Shown here: positions 13,163 to 25,755 of the stretch, one piece after another
How the letters are laid out: every line of letters starts with the position of its first letter
Position numbering within the stretch: position 1 is the stretch's first letter
From: Eledone cirrhosa
Taxonomy: Eukaryota
Assembly (NCBI GenBank): GCA_964016885.1
Contig: OZ024747.1
Location: forward strand, 89,218,001 to 89,282,000
Length of the DNA: 64,000 nt
Direction of reading: 5' to 3'
Program-made: the position numbers and the translations under genes
The notes under the pieces: model-generated
What the model was told of the DNA's origin: nothing
Database searches by the model: none
The model's input: only the letters and a program-made list of their open reading frames with translations

Positions 13163-13385
13163 CCCTTTCATAACTGCATTTCTAATGATATACAGTCTAT
13201 TTCAATTAATTAATGAAGAATTTTGAAGGATTTACTTAAATTATTCATTATTTCATTACTAAAACAATAACTTAATGTAAAATTCTTATATAGAATTATG
13301 TTGGAAGATCTTTACTTAAATTGAAAACCTTTCAAATGAATGGTTTTATTTCATAGAACCAGAGCTGTTTTGGCTGGATTGAAGA
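13163..13385 (+). mobile_element. TTAA-flanked piggyBac-like MITE family B. Other copies 8490-13158 (split by Helitrons), 28697-29135 (internal triplication), 45258-45695; related copy 843-1090
   Basis: ttaaCCCTTT..AAAGGGttaa ends; conserved body aattaattaatgaagaa..ggatttactaaaatt..atttcatagaaccag. Confidence 0.7.
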
Positions 13386-13759
13386 GCTGCCAGACTATCA
13401 GTTGCTGGAAAATTGGTGTTATACCAGTACTATATATAAGTCTGGGGTGGATTGGCAGTATCGGGAGAGGGTTGGATGCCATCCTTTGCAGTATAGAGTT
13501 ACGGCCCTTTATGGTCTGAGTTCAAATCCCGCCTTTCATCCTTATGGGATCGATCTGAGATAATTGCTGGTCTTGTGCCAAAAGTAGAAACAATTATATA
13601 TAAGTCTGGAATGATGGTAGATGGACCTGAGGGTAATTCCTGGATAAATTGAATCAGTTACTTATCATGCAGTAAGAAATTTGTCTCATTTGAAATGACG
13701 AAGGATGATAGGTGGATAGGAGAAATACACATCATATTAGCAACCATCTTCTTTGTTAA

Positions 13760-14080
13760 CGTCATCATCATCGTTATCATCGCCATCATCATCATCATCA
13801 TCATCTTTATCATTATCACTTTCCTCATCATCATCATCATTACCAGAAGTATCAAACCGCTCTTCCTCACTCACTAGCACCAGCACCACCAGTAGCAACA
13901 ATTTCCCCACCATCACTGCAACCACTATTGCAACCATCATTAGCACCAGCACCAGCACTGCCACCACCACCACCACCACCACCACCACCACTACCAGCAC
14001 CACCACCACCATCAGACCCATCACTGTAAACATCATCACGAGAACCAGCACTGTGAGAACCAGCACCACTACCATTACTG
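13760..14080. repeat. (CAT)n/(CAC)n degenerate trinucleotide repeat
   Basis: Directly visible. Confidence 0.9.
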
Positions 14081-14114
14081 TGGCTAAATAATGTTTACCT
14101 ATTAAACTTCTGTA

Positions 14115-14146
<32 letters not shown>

Positions 14147-14176
14147 AGATCAAAAGATGGTTAAAGGAGTTCCATG

Positions 14177-14247
14177 TATTTTATTATGCGCATTTCAAAA
14201 ACAAACATCATCATGCAATAATATTTGTGTTTTCATCAGATAAAACA
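14177..14247 (-). ncRNA. Minimal type I hammerhead ribozyme (P1, mirror copy)
   Basis: Exact reverse complement of 14345-14415. Confidence 0.8.
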
Positions 14248-14344
14248 GGAGAACATGATATGAAGGCTAAAAAACACTTGTGGATATGTTGATTTAAAAC
14301 TGCACTATCCACAAGTGTTTTTTAGCCTTCATATCATGTTCTCC

Positions 14345-14415
14345 TGTTTTATCTGATGAAAACACAAATATTATTGCATGATGATGTTTGTTTTTGAAAT
14401 GCGCATAATAAAATA
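14345..14415 (+). ncRNA. Minimal type I hammerhead ribozyme (P1)
   Basis: Stem I tgttttat/ataaaata; CUGAUGA 14353-14359; long stem II; GAAA 14396-14399; palindromic stem III tgcgca; UA, predicted cut after 14407. Confidence 0.85.
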
Positions 14416-14694
14416 CATGGAACTCCTTTAACCATCTTTTGATCTTATATTATGTATACTCCAGTCCTACAAACTGTAGAGTGCTTCTTATCCGATATCT
14501 GCATTGCTTTATTGTACTACAATAAAACTCACCTCCTACATATATATATATATATATATATATGCAAAAGTTTTATTTAAATTGTTGGGATACAACAAGC
14601 AAATATTTTTATAACTGATATAAAGCACTCGACAAATATTTGGAGTAGATATACGATATTAATAAATGGAAACTATATTTTATAAAACCATATT

Positions 14695-14759
14695 TATTTC
14701 ATTATATATATTTCAAGGATACCAAGTTACATTATGGTATGCCTTCATCAGACAAAATA
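14695..14759 (-). ncRNA. Minimal type I hammerhead ribozyme (family P2)
   Basis: Minus strand: tattttgt CUGAUGA aggcatacca..tggtatcctt GAAA tatata UA atgaaata. Confidence 0.8.
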
Positions 14760-15383
14760 CAATATATAACAGTTTTATAATTAGACATTGACGTACCCCT
14801 TTAAAAATTGACCGTTGCTTTTGGAGGCCATCAGGATAGTGATTTGTTTACTTTAGTAAGTCATAGTGTTAAGAGTAAGTAAAAAGATGGAGAGAGAGAG
14901 AGAAATGTGGAGAAAAGAAAGGGAGAGATAGATAAAGAAAAAGAAGAAAGCAAAAAGAAAAGAGAACAGAGGAAAAATAACGGGGAGATATCAAACCATC
15001 AGACAGAGAAAAAATCCAGAGAGAGATATATAGAGATAGAGAGAGCGGGGAGAGAACGAAAACCTTAAGTTATGTCATATTAAGTTGAGTTAACAATTGG
15101 GATGAAAAGCATAGATAAAATTAGAAATATTAATATTCATGAATCGAATATAGATATATATAATATGAGAAATTACACATTGTTTAATTATGATTAGATA
15201 TTTAGTTTAAAATTGAGATCAATATATTAAAAATTGATATGATGAGTTAGCAAAGCACTCGATAAGATAGGGCCTTAGAGTAATAACATACGTTTAAATA
15301 GCTTGACAAATCGAACATTGTGGTAGGCGAAACCAACACACAAACATACCAAAGCAACGATAGAACTAATCAGGTTGAGAAAA

Positions 15384-15422
<39 letters not shown>

Positions 15423-15560
15423 AACAAGATAAAAATAAAAGTATTGTCAAGATATTGACAGAGATGAAACTAATATAGTTTAATGTCTACTTTATGTAAA
15501 CCCTTGTGGTTAATAAAGAAATCATTATATATATATATATATATATATATATGATATCAC

Positions 15561-15646
<86 letters not shown>

Positions 15647-15701
15647 AGTATATAAATATAAATATATACATACATATACATCTCCATATATATATATACA
15701 T

Positions 15702-18700
15702 ATGACAAATTCACCTCATGCTGCCGGACGAAAGGGCAAGGCCCCCTCCTCTTTGTTGCGGCCGCGGATGGCCAACATAACCCCAACCCCATCCCCCTCA
15801 CGCCTCCCTGCGCCCCACCCACCAAACGCAATCCCAAACTTCAGAGTTGGTACCATGAATGTAGGCACCTTAAAAGGCCGCTCTAACGAGGTTGTAGAAA
15901 TGCTTGAACGTAAGGAGGTTGATGTTTGCTGTATCCAAGAGACCAGGTGGAGAGGCGGGTCTGCTAGATTCATTGTGGGTAAAAAACGATGCTATAAGCT
16001 TTTCTGAATGACAATGGGCTGGGTGGGGCATGAATCATGTTAGCAGAAAAATGGGTGGATAAGATAATAGACGTAAATAGAGTGAATGACAGAATAATTA
16101 AAATAAGACTTGTTCTAAATAGAACTACTGTGACAGTAATATCTGCGTACGCGCCCCAATCCGGACTGCCTGGCGCTATAAAAGACAGATTCTATGAGAC
16201 ACTGATGCTCACTACCTCACAAATAACCGACAGTGACTATATAATTATTGCTGGCGACCTAAATGGTCACGTTGGACAACATTGTGACGGCTATGACGGA
16301 ATCCACGGAGGCTATGGGTTTGGTACTAGAAAGGCTCCAGAATCCTGGAATTGTGTGACGCAAATAACCTAACTATCTGTAACACTAACTTCAAAAAACG
16401 AGACAACCACTTGATCACCTACAGATCAGGGGAACATACCAGCCAGGTAGATTATATCCTTACCAGAAGACGTGACAGAGTGTCTGTTGTAAACACTAAA
16501 TCCCTCCCCCATGAAGAATGCACCTCCCAACATAGACTGATAATTAGCGACCTCATAGTCAGGACGAGACGTACTCGACAGCAGAAGAGGATTATCCTCA
16601 GGAGAAAAATATGGAAGCTAAAGGACCCCACAGCCAGAAATAAATTTAAAAGCATATTACTTGATGCTTTCGACAGTAAGGAAGAGCATTTAGAGTCGTA
16701 CAATATAGATGAACAGTGGGAATTCCTGAAAGCAAACCTGTTGATGGCGGCAGACGAAGTCTGTGGCTGGAGCAGGCCTATAGGCAGGAGGAGAGTAACA
16801 TGGTGGTGGAACAGTAAGGTGGAGGAGTCAATTAAGGCCAAAAAGCAGGCTTGGAAAGTATGGCGGGATGGGGGAAGTAGAGAAGACTATCAAGTGGCCA
16901 GGAGGGAAGCTAGGAGACAAGTGTACTTGGCATGAAGGGAAGCAGAGGAAAGAAAGTTCAAGCATGTTCTACAACGCGAGGACCAAAAACGTGAGGTGTT
17001 CAGGATTGCTAGGCAATGTGTCAAGGAAAACCGTGATATTGTCGGGGAGAAGTGTGTACTTAATGATGATGGTGTACTTGCCATCACTGACGCTGATAAG
17101 AGGGTAGCTTGGAAGTGTCACTACGAAAGGCTACTAAATGAGGAGAATAAATGGGAGAAAGACAGTCTCCCCCACATCGACCCAATAGAGGGACCAGTAG
17201 TGTTAGTCGAAGGTAGTATAATAAGTAAGGCAATCTAAGATATGAAGACGGGTAAGGCGGCTGGGCCTTCGGAAATAGTTGCTGAAATGCTGAAAGCTTC
17301 TGGTACGGTGGGACACACCATGGTCACCCGGATAGTAAACCAAGTTATACAGAATGGGGTTGTTCCGAAGGACTGGCGTAGCATCATCATCATTAACTGC
17401 TACAAGGGTAAAGGAGATGCCCTAGATAGGAGTAACTATAGAGGTATTAAATTAATCGACCAGGTCATGAAGGTCACAGAAAAAGTAATAGCGCAATTAA
17501 TCAGAGAGAGAATTGATCTAGATGAAATGCAGTTCGGGTTTGTGTCAGGCAAAAGTACCACAGACGCTCTTTTCATTGTACGACAACTACAGGAGACGTA
17601 CCTAGCTAAAAGTAAACCCATATACTTAGCTTTTGTCGACTTGGAGAAAGCCTTCGACAGAGTCCCCCGTTCCATTATCTAGTGGGCTCTTAGAAAACTA
17701 GGTGTTGATGAATGGCTTGTGAGAGCTATACAAGCCATGTATAAAGAAACAGTCAGCAAGGTTAGAATTAACAACGAATATAGTGAAGAGTTTAGCGTAA
17801 AAGTTGGTGTTCATCAGGGCTCCGTACTTAGCCCCCTACTATTTATTATTGCCCTTCAGGCTATAACAGTGGAGTTCAAGACCGGCTGCCCATGGGAACT
17901 CCTATACGCAGATGATCTAACGCTCATAGCTGAATCAATGGCCGAACTAGAGAAGAAATTCCAAACATGGAAGCATGGCCTAGAATCAAAAGGCCTTAAA
18001 ATTAACCTGTCTAAGACTAAAGTTCTAGTTTGTAAGAAGGAAAATAGGGTGCCGGTCCCATCCGTGAAATGGCCATGCTCAGTGTGTAGGAAAGGAATAG
18101 GTAGAAACTCCATTTTATGTCCCAAATGCAAAGTATGGGTGCATAAAAGATGTAGTGGGATCACAGGTAAGCTAACTAAGAACATAGATTTTATGTGGCC
18201 GGTGCTCTGGTGCAATAAGTAGCAGCAAGTGCCCACAGAATACTAGCTCATTCCATTGCACAGATGGTTCTATAGAAATAGTGGACAGCTTCCGTTACCT
18301 GGGTGACAAAATCAGCAGTGGGGGAGATGCTCTGAAAGTACAGTAGCTAGAGTCAGAACTGGATGGAAAAAGTTCAGAGAGCTTATACCACTATTAGCCG
18401 CTAAAGGGTTCTCCCTAAAAATGAAAGGCAGGCTGTATGATGCCTGCATACGAACAGCAATGTTGCATGGCAGTGAGACCTGGGCATTGTGTGCAGAGGA
18501 TATACGCAGACTGGAGAGGAACGAAGCTTGCATGCTCCGCTGGATGTGTAATAGTAATATACGTGAACGGCAAAGCATAAACGAACTAAGGGAAAATTAC
18601 GAATAAGAGGGATCAGATGTTGTTTATTCGAGAGAAGGCTACGTTGGTATGGTCACGTGATGCGCATGAAAGACGACAACTGTATAAAAAAAGTGCAGGG

Positions 18701-19240
18701 CAATAAAAATAGACGGTAGCCACGGAGTAGGCAAACCCAGAAAAACCTGGGACGACTTGATAAATTCCGACCTCACACACTTACACCTCTCCAAGACAAT
18801 GTCACTGGACCGAGATCTTTGGCGCTACACAGTAATACAGAAGACCCGCCTTACCTAAGTACAAAGTGAAACCTACTACAGTCAGTAGGCTCCTCTAACA
18901 AAATACACCCCCATCCCACTACCCCCACCCCATCCACACCACCCCTTTCAATGTAAAGTTATGTTGGTACCACAACATCCAGCCCGAAACAAATGAGATC
19001 GTGTAAGTGTCACGACAAAAAACACACAATAACGCTGTAATGTGGTCGTGTAGGTAACACGGTAAAAACCTCCCAATCCCACACTGTAAATGTGGTTGGT
19101 GTTACGAAGGGCATCCAGCCGTAGAAAACCTGCCAGACAGTCCTATGCGAGCAAGACAACCACTCTTGCCTCAAGTGGGAAAACTCCCGTCCAAACCCAT
19201 GCAAGCGTGGAATATGGACGTTAAACGATGATGATGACGA
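15702..19240 (+). mobile_element. Near full-length RTE-clade LINE (APE endonuclease, RT, PHD-like finger), disabled
   Basis: GTMNVGTL, CCIQETRW, SAYAPQ, AGDLNGHVG, SQVDYIL (APE); NYRGIKL, QFGF, FVDLEKAFDRV, HQGSVLSP, YADD (RT); multiple stops and frameshifts; 3' UTR ending ggacgttaaac(gat)n; flanked by (TA)n. Confidence 0.93.
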
Positions 19241-19386
19241 CATGTATATGAATATACATATAAATATATATATATATATATATATGATAAATATATTCAT
19301 ATATATATATGTAGCGGTTGTCTCCCTTGTTTTGATTGGGATCTAGACGGGAGGTGGAACCCTTTCTGCGACTTCCGGTCAGAGCC

Positions 19387-19394
19387 CTATAAAA
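19387..19394 (+). promoter_or_regulatory. Candidate TATA box in the 5' LTR (repeated in the 3' LTR at ~21191)
   Basis: ctataaaa about 80 bp into the LTR, followed by a pyrimidine-rich tract; ATTAAA later in the LTR. Confidence 0.45.
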
Positions 19395-19676
19395 CTAACA
19401 ACTTTAAGCTTCCTCTCTCTCTTTGCCTTTTCGGCACCAGGTCAAGAGTCTTCTCATTTGGCTATGCCATTAATTTGGCCAACAGGCGCCTGGCCTTAGC
19501 CAGGCGCCCTCTGCCAGCCGCGTTTGCCTGGCAATCAAAACGGTAACTACTAACTTTGTTTCATTCTAACATCTATCTTTGACATGTCAAGTATTCTATC
19601 TACCGTTAATTAAATATTATATACACAAACAATGTCTCGTTTTGTTACATTCATACACCCAGTATCCTCGCTATAT

Positions 19677-19694
19677 TGGTGACCCCGACGTGAT
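19677..19694 (+). promoter_or_regulatory. Primer binding site complementary to tRNA-Trp
   Basis: TGGTGACCCCGACGTGAT, separated from the LTR by 1 nt, is the reverse complement of the metazoan tRNA-Trp 3' end ATCACGTCGGGGTCA-CCA. Confidence 0.9.
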
Positions 19695-21519
19695 ACGAAC
19701 ACGCAGACGTTCATCGCTATAAGGGTCACCCCCCAAAAAAAGAAAAAAATAGCACATCTGGTTTTGTGAGTAACATTACGAATACACAGCAAATTTAGCG
19801 ACAAACTATGAAAATACTCAAGGACACGCACACACGCACATGTGGAATTCGCACAGACATACTTTTTCTCTCACGCATCAATTAACTGTCGCATTTCACC
19901 AATATATATATATATGTTTCTCGTTTCTTACAACGAACACTTTCAAAACAAAAAAAAACATTTCACGATATATATATATGTTTCTCGTTTCTTACAACGA
20001 ACACTTTCAAAACAAAAAAAAACATTTCACGATATATATATATGTTTCTCGTTTCTTACAACGAACTCTTTCAAAACACAAAAAAAAAAAAAGAAATTTG
20101 ATGTTCTTTAAGAAACATTTCAACAGGAACATTTGTTTTCGATGAACCATTGCCTTTTGTTCATCGTTTTCTTCATCGTTCGGGTTTTTTGTTTTTTTCC
20201 AAAGTTCACACCTGTAATTGTGCTGATTGAGGCCTTTCTTTTTCATCATTGTCACTTTCAGGGTTGCACTATCATTTTCTCGCGCGTTGGAGATATTTTT
20301 TTTCAACCTTGTGTTGGCACGTGTGGGCAGCATAAGTTCTCGATTCGCTGAGATGTCTCTGCTCACGGACAGCCGCGCGCCAGAGATGGCATTTCTCCCC
20401 CAAGGATTCTTCAGCCTTGGGCTATATTCTTCTGTTTGCCGGTTTATAGGTTTGCAGTGTGAATTTACCGTTGATGGCCGCGCATTTATTGGGAGTGCTT
20501 GTTTCTCTGGTCGCTGGCCTCTTGACCCTTCCAGGTCAACGCATTCTCAACATCGACCATCAGCTTCGGCTGCTGTTTCTAGCACTTTGCGCAACTCATT
20601 TTTTTCTAAAAAAAAATTTTTTTACTGTGAATTTAAACACCGAATGCGCTCGCTCGGCGAGACAACAGCAGCAGCAACAGCAATATAACAGCAACAGCAA
20701 TACATCAGTGCAGCTTCACCAAAGCCAGAGAATTCATTTTTGCAGCACTCTTCCTGTGAGAGAATCCATTCGGAGGTTGGAAATTTCACGATATACCACA
20801 GAACAGAAACCACCTGCATTCATTCTCTGGAACACACTTTCTTTCCTGCTGTCATGTGATTGCACACCTGTGAACTATATTTTGAACTTTGAGCTCTTCT
20901 ATTACTTTTACTTTATTACATTGTATCTTTGGGTGATGGATAGATGGATGTCCAGTCGTTCTCTGGCCAAGAGCGGTTGGCTACCTTGATATCTATCATT
21001 GATTTTTCCAAACATTCTTTTGTCGTAATTTTCATGCCTGTTACAACATTCTCGCCAACTTGCTACATATTTTCATTTCGATTTTTATACACTAAAATTC
21101 TGGCGGGAGGTTATGTAGCGGTTGTCTCCCTTGTTTTGATTGGGATCTAGACGGGAGGTGGAACCCTTTCTGCGACTTCCGGTCAGAGCCCTATAAAACT
21201 AACAACTTTAAGCTTCCTCTCTCTCTTTGCCTTTTCGGCACCAGGTCAAGAGTCTTCTCATTTGGCTCTGCCATTAATTTGGCCAACAGGCGCCTGGCCT
21301 TAGCCAGGCGCCCTCTGCCAGCCGCGTTTGCCTGGCAATCAAAACGGTAACTACTAACTTTGTTTCATTCTAACATCTATCTTTGGCATGTCAAGTATTC
21401 TATCTACCGTTAATTAAATATTATATACACAAACAATGTCTCGTTTTGTTACATTCATACACCCAGTATCCTCGCTATATATACATACATATATATATAT
21501 ATACATACATATATATATG

Positions 21520-21569
<50 letters not shown>

Positions 21570-21594
21570 TATATAAACATAAATATATACACAT

Positions 21595-21633
<39 letters not shown>

Positions 21634-21645
21634 CACACACACACG

Positions 21646-21713
<68 letters not shown>

Positions 21714-21738
21714 TATATAAACATAAATATATACACAT

Positions 21739-21771
<33 letters not shown>

Positions 21772-22044
21772 CACACACACACGTATGTATATATATATAT
21801 ATATATTATCGTCAAAGTCTACTGTAGCCATTTGTAGCCTTTTCTCTTTGAAGCATCACCTAGGTACACTATCAAAATCTGATTTGATTTAGCATTTTGT
21901 AAACAATATAGTTTATCAGCAGCACTAATATCCTGTCTTGGCTACAGATATTTTCACCTCTTATCTAACACCTTCCCTACTATACACTATTTTTATTCTT
22001 TCAAAATATACTTTTTTTTTTATTGTATTTTAAGTTACACAAAT

Positions 22045-22622
22045 CTGTGTGTATATTTGTGTATATTTGTGTGTGTATATTTGTGTGTGTATATTTGTGT
22101 GTATATTTGTGTGTATATTTGTGTGTATATTTGTGTGTATGTTTGTGTGTATATTTGTGTGTGTATATTTGTGTGTATATTTGTGTGTATTTGTGTGTAT
22201 ATTTGTGTGTGTATATTTGTGTGTATATTTGTGTGTATATTTGTGTGTATTTGTGTGTATATTTGTGTGTGTATATTTGTGTGTATATTTGTGTGTGTAT
22301 ATTTGTGTGTATATTTGTGTGTATATTTGTGTGTATTTGTGTGTATATTTGTGTGTGTATATTTGTGTGTATATTTGTGTGTATATTTGTGTGTGTATAT
22401 TTGTGTGTATATTTGTGTGTGTATATTTGTGTGTATATTTGTGTGTGTATTTATGTGTATATTTGTGTGTATATTTGTGTGTATATTTGTGTGTATATTT
22501 GTGTGTATTTGTGTGTATATTTGTGTGTGTATATTTGTGTATATATGTGTGTATTTATGTGTATTTTTTTTATTTTTATTTTATTTTTATTTTATTTTTA
22601 TTTTATTTTTATTTATTTATTA

Positions 22623-22654
<32 letters not shown>

Positions 22655-23530
22655 TTTTTTTTCTCCTCGTGCAATGGCCATATTCGATAACGAGGGGGCA
22701 GCCATCATTTATGTGTATATATGTGTGTGTATTTGTGTGTATATTTGTGTGTGTATATTTGTGTGTATATTTGAGTGCGTATTTGTGTGTATATTTGTGT
22801 GTGTATTTGTGTGTGTATTTGTGTGTATATTTGTGTGTATATTTGTGTGTTTGTGTGTGTATATTTGTGTGTGTATTTGTGTGTATATTTGTGTGTATAT
22901 TTGTGTGTGTATTTGTGTGTGTGTTTGCGTGTATATTTGTGTGTGTATATTTGTGTGTATATTTATGTGTGTATTTATGTGTGTATTTGTGTGTGTGTTT
23001 GCGTGTATATTTGTGTGTATATTTGTGTGTATATTTATGTGTGTATTTATGTGTGTATTTGTGTGTGTATTTGTGTGTATATTTGTGTGTGTATATTTGT
23101 GTGTATATTTGAGTGCGTATTTGTGTGTATATTTGTGTGTGTATTTGTGTGTATATTTGTGTGTATATTTGTGTGTTTGTGTGTGTATATTTGTGTGTGT
23201 ATTTGGGTGTATATTTGTGTGTATATTTGTGTGTGTATTTGTGTGTGTGTTTGCGTGTATATTTGTGTGTGTATATTTGTGTGTATATTTATGTGTGTAT
23301 TTATGTGTGTATTTGTGTGTATATTTGTGTGTGTATTTGTGTATATATTTGTGTGTATATTTGTGTGTATATTTGTGTGTGTATTTGTGTGTATATTTGT
23401 GTGTATATTTGTGTGTATTTGTGTGTATATTTGTGTGTATATTTGTGTGTGTATTTGTGTGTGTATTTGTATGTATATTTGTGTGTACATTTGTGTGTAC
23501 ATTTGTGTGTGTATTTGTGTTTGCATGAGT
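22045..23530. repeat. (TATATTTGTGTG)-type minisatellite in two blocks split by a T/TTA-rich island at ~22560-22710
   Basis: 10-14-bp variable unit; source of the CVYL ORFs. Confidence 0.92.
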
Positions 23531-23631
23531 GTGTGTTTGTGTGAGTGTGTGTTTGTGTGAGTGTGTATGTGTGTGCATAGTATATAGTTGTTAGGCAGGT
23601 ATATATTTATGTGTGGCTGTATATAAATTTG

Positions 23632-23639
<8 letters not shown>

Positions 23640-23694
<55 letters not shown>

Positions 23695-23718
23695 GAATAC
23701 GTCACGTATTACATTTAT

Positions 23719-23775
<57 letters not shown>

Positions 23776-23950
23776 CACGCGCGCACACACACAGACGTGT
23801 ATGTATATATATTGTATGTGTGTGTATGTATATGTTCATGTTATATATGGATGATATATATACATATTATATATGCATATACAAGTTTATGTATATTGTA
23901 TTATGTGTGCAAATATATATATACATTATATATGTGTATATATATATAGA

Positions 23951-24017
<67 letters not shown>

Positions 24018-24112
24018 TATATGTACTGGTACAGGTTATATATGTACATAATACATATATATACATATATATATGTACTGGTACAGGTTATATATGTACA
24101 TAATACATATAT

Positions 24113-24180
<68 letters not shown>

Positions 24181-24190
24181 TGGTACAGGT

Positions 24191-24257
<67 letters not shown>

Positions 24258-24327
24258 TGGTACAGGTTATATGTGTACATTATACATATATATACATATA
24301 TATATATATGTATAGATGATATATATA

Positions 24328-24368
<41 letters not shown>

Positions 24369-24810
24369 TGATATATCATCATTATTTCCATTTTTCCCTG
24401 CAGGATCACATGTCTAACCTCTTTGTATTGCTTGATCTGGTTCTCCCTTTCTGTCTCTGCTCATTCTCTTTTATTTTCACACTCCACTTCATACATACAT
24501 AAATACATACATACACACACACACACACACATACATACATACATGCACACACATACACACACACATATACATTCACATACATACATACATAAATACGTGC
24601 ACACACACACACGTGTACATACATACACATATACATGCACACACATTCACACACACATACATATATACATTCACATACATACATACATAAATACATACAT
24701 ACACACACATCTATCCACACATACACACACATACATACATAAACACACATACACACACACACATACATACATACATATATATATATATTCATAAATACAT
24801 ACTACATACA
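23640..24810. repeat. (TA)n and (CA/CATA)n microsatellites with four interspersed gtactggtacaggtta motifs
   Basis: Directly visible. Confidence 0.9.
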
Positions 24811-25309
24811 TACTTCATTCTCTTTGCTTTCTTTCCCTCCAGCTCCCTTTCTCTCCTTTTCCTTCTCCTTTCCACCCTCTCTCTTTCTCTCTCTGTGTTC
24901 CCCTTCTCTCCCTCTCTCCCTCCGTACTACCCTTTACCCCTTCTCTCTCTTCCTTCCTAAATTTCCCTTTGTTCTTATCATTTCATGTTAGTTTTTAGTG
25001 TGTAACACTATTATTTGCTGTATGAACTTAGGGACAGACATAATAAAAGCCTCTTGCAATACAAACAACATTTTCCTCCACCCCACCACCACCGTAATAC
25101 CACGTCGCCCGTATACCCCTCCCCTTCCTTCTCCCAACGAATCAAGCACCCACTCCCCTCATCCTTCCATGCTCCATTGCTGCTGCTGCCCTTGAAGTTT
25201 TTTTTTTCCTCTCATAATACTCTTCCATGGATAATACCTTTAGTAGTGTGTTTGGCTTCATAAATATTCCATTAGGTCATAATCTTGGTGAGAACTTTTA
25301 ATAGTCTGC

Positions 25310-25755
25310 CTCTACCACCACTACCCCCCCCCCCCATAGCCGATGCCCCAGCTCCACCACCCCACCACCATCACCATTTCCGTCACCACCACCACCACCA
25401 CTACTATCATCACCAGAATCACCATCTCCGCCACCCCATCTCCACCACCACCACCACCACCATCGCCACCAGCCCCATTTCCACCGCTCCACCGCCACCA
25501 TCTCCACCACCCCGCCACCACAATCTCTACCCCCACCACCTTGACCACCTTCACCATCACCATCACTACCATCACCACCACACCACGACCACCATCACCA
25601 CCACCATCACTATCTTCACTATCTTCACCATCACCTTCATTGCTATCACCTCCCCACCATCATTCCCCCCCCCCGGCAACCATCACCACCACTACCATCA
25701 CCATCACCACCATCACCTTCATTGCTATCACCTCACCACCATCACCACCACATCT
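25310..25755. repeat. (CAC/CAT)n degenerate repeat
   Basis: Directly visible; source of the poly-His/Thr/Pro ORFs. Confidence 0.9.

Larger units (their letters stand above)
14139..14540 (+). mobile_element. Palindromic hammerhead-bearing element (family P1), probably an inverted Penelope-like pseudo-LTR
   Basis: 148-bp perfect arms 14139-14286 and 14306-14453 with a 19-nt loop; the + copy continues to AATAAA (14521); flanked by (TA)n on both sides. Confidence 0.75.
19310..21479 (+). mobile_element. Non-autonomous LTR retrotransposon (TRIM/LARD-like, probably Ty3/Gypsy-dependent)
   Basis: 366-bp direct repeats 19310-19675 and 21114-21479 (TGTAGCG...CGCTATA), PBS, purine tract ggcgggagg before the 3' LTR, and a 1.44-kb interior with no recognisable gag/pol. 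Confidence 0.92.

Noticed and set aside
19310-19675. LTR retrozyme (hammerhead within the LTR)
   Set aside because: No CUGANGA/GAAA core found on either strand of the LTR.
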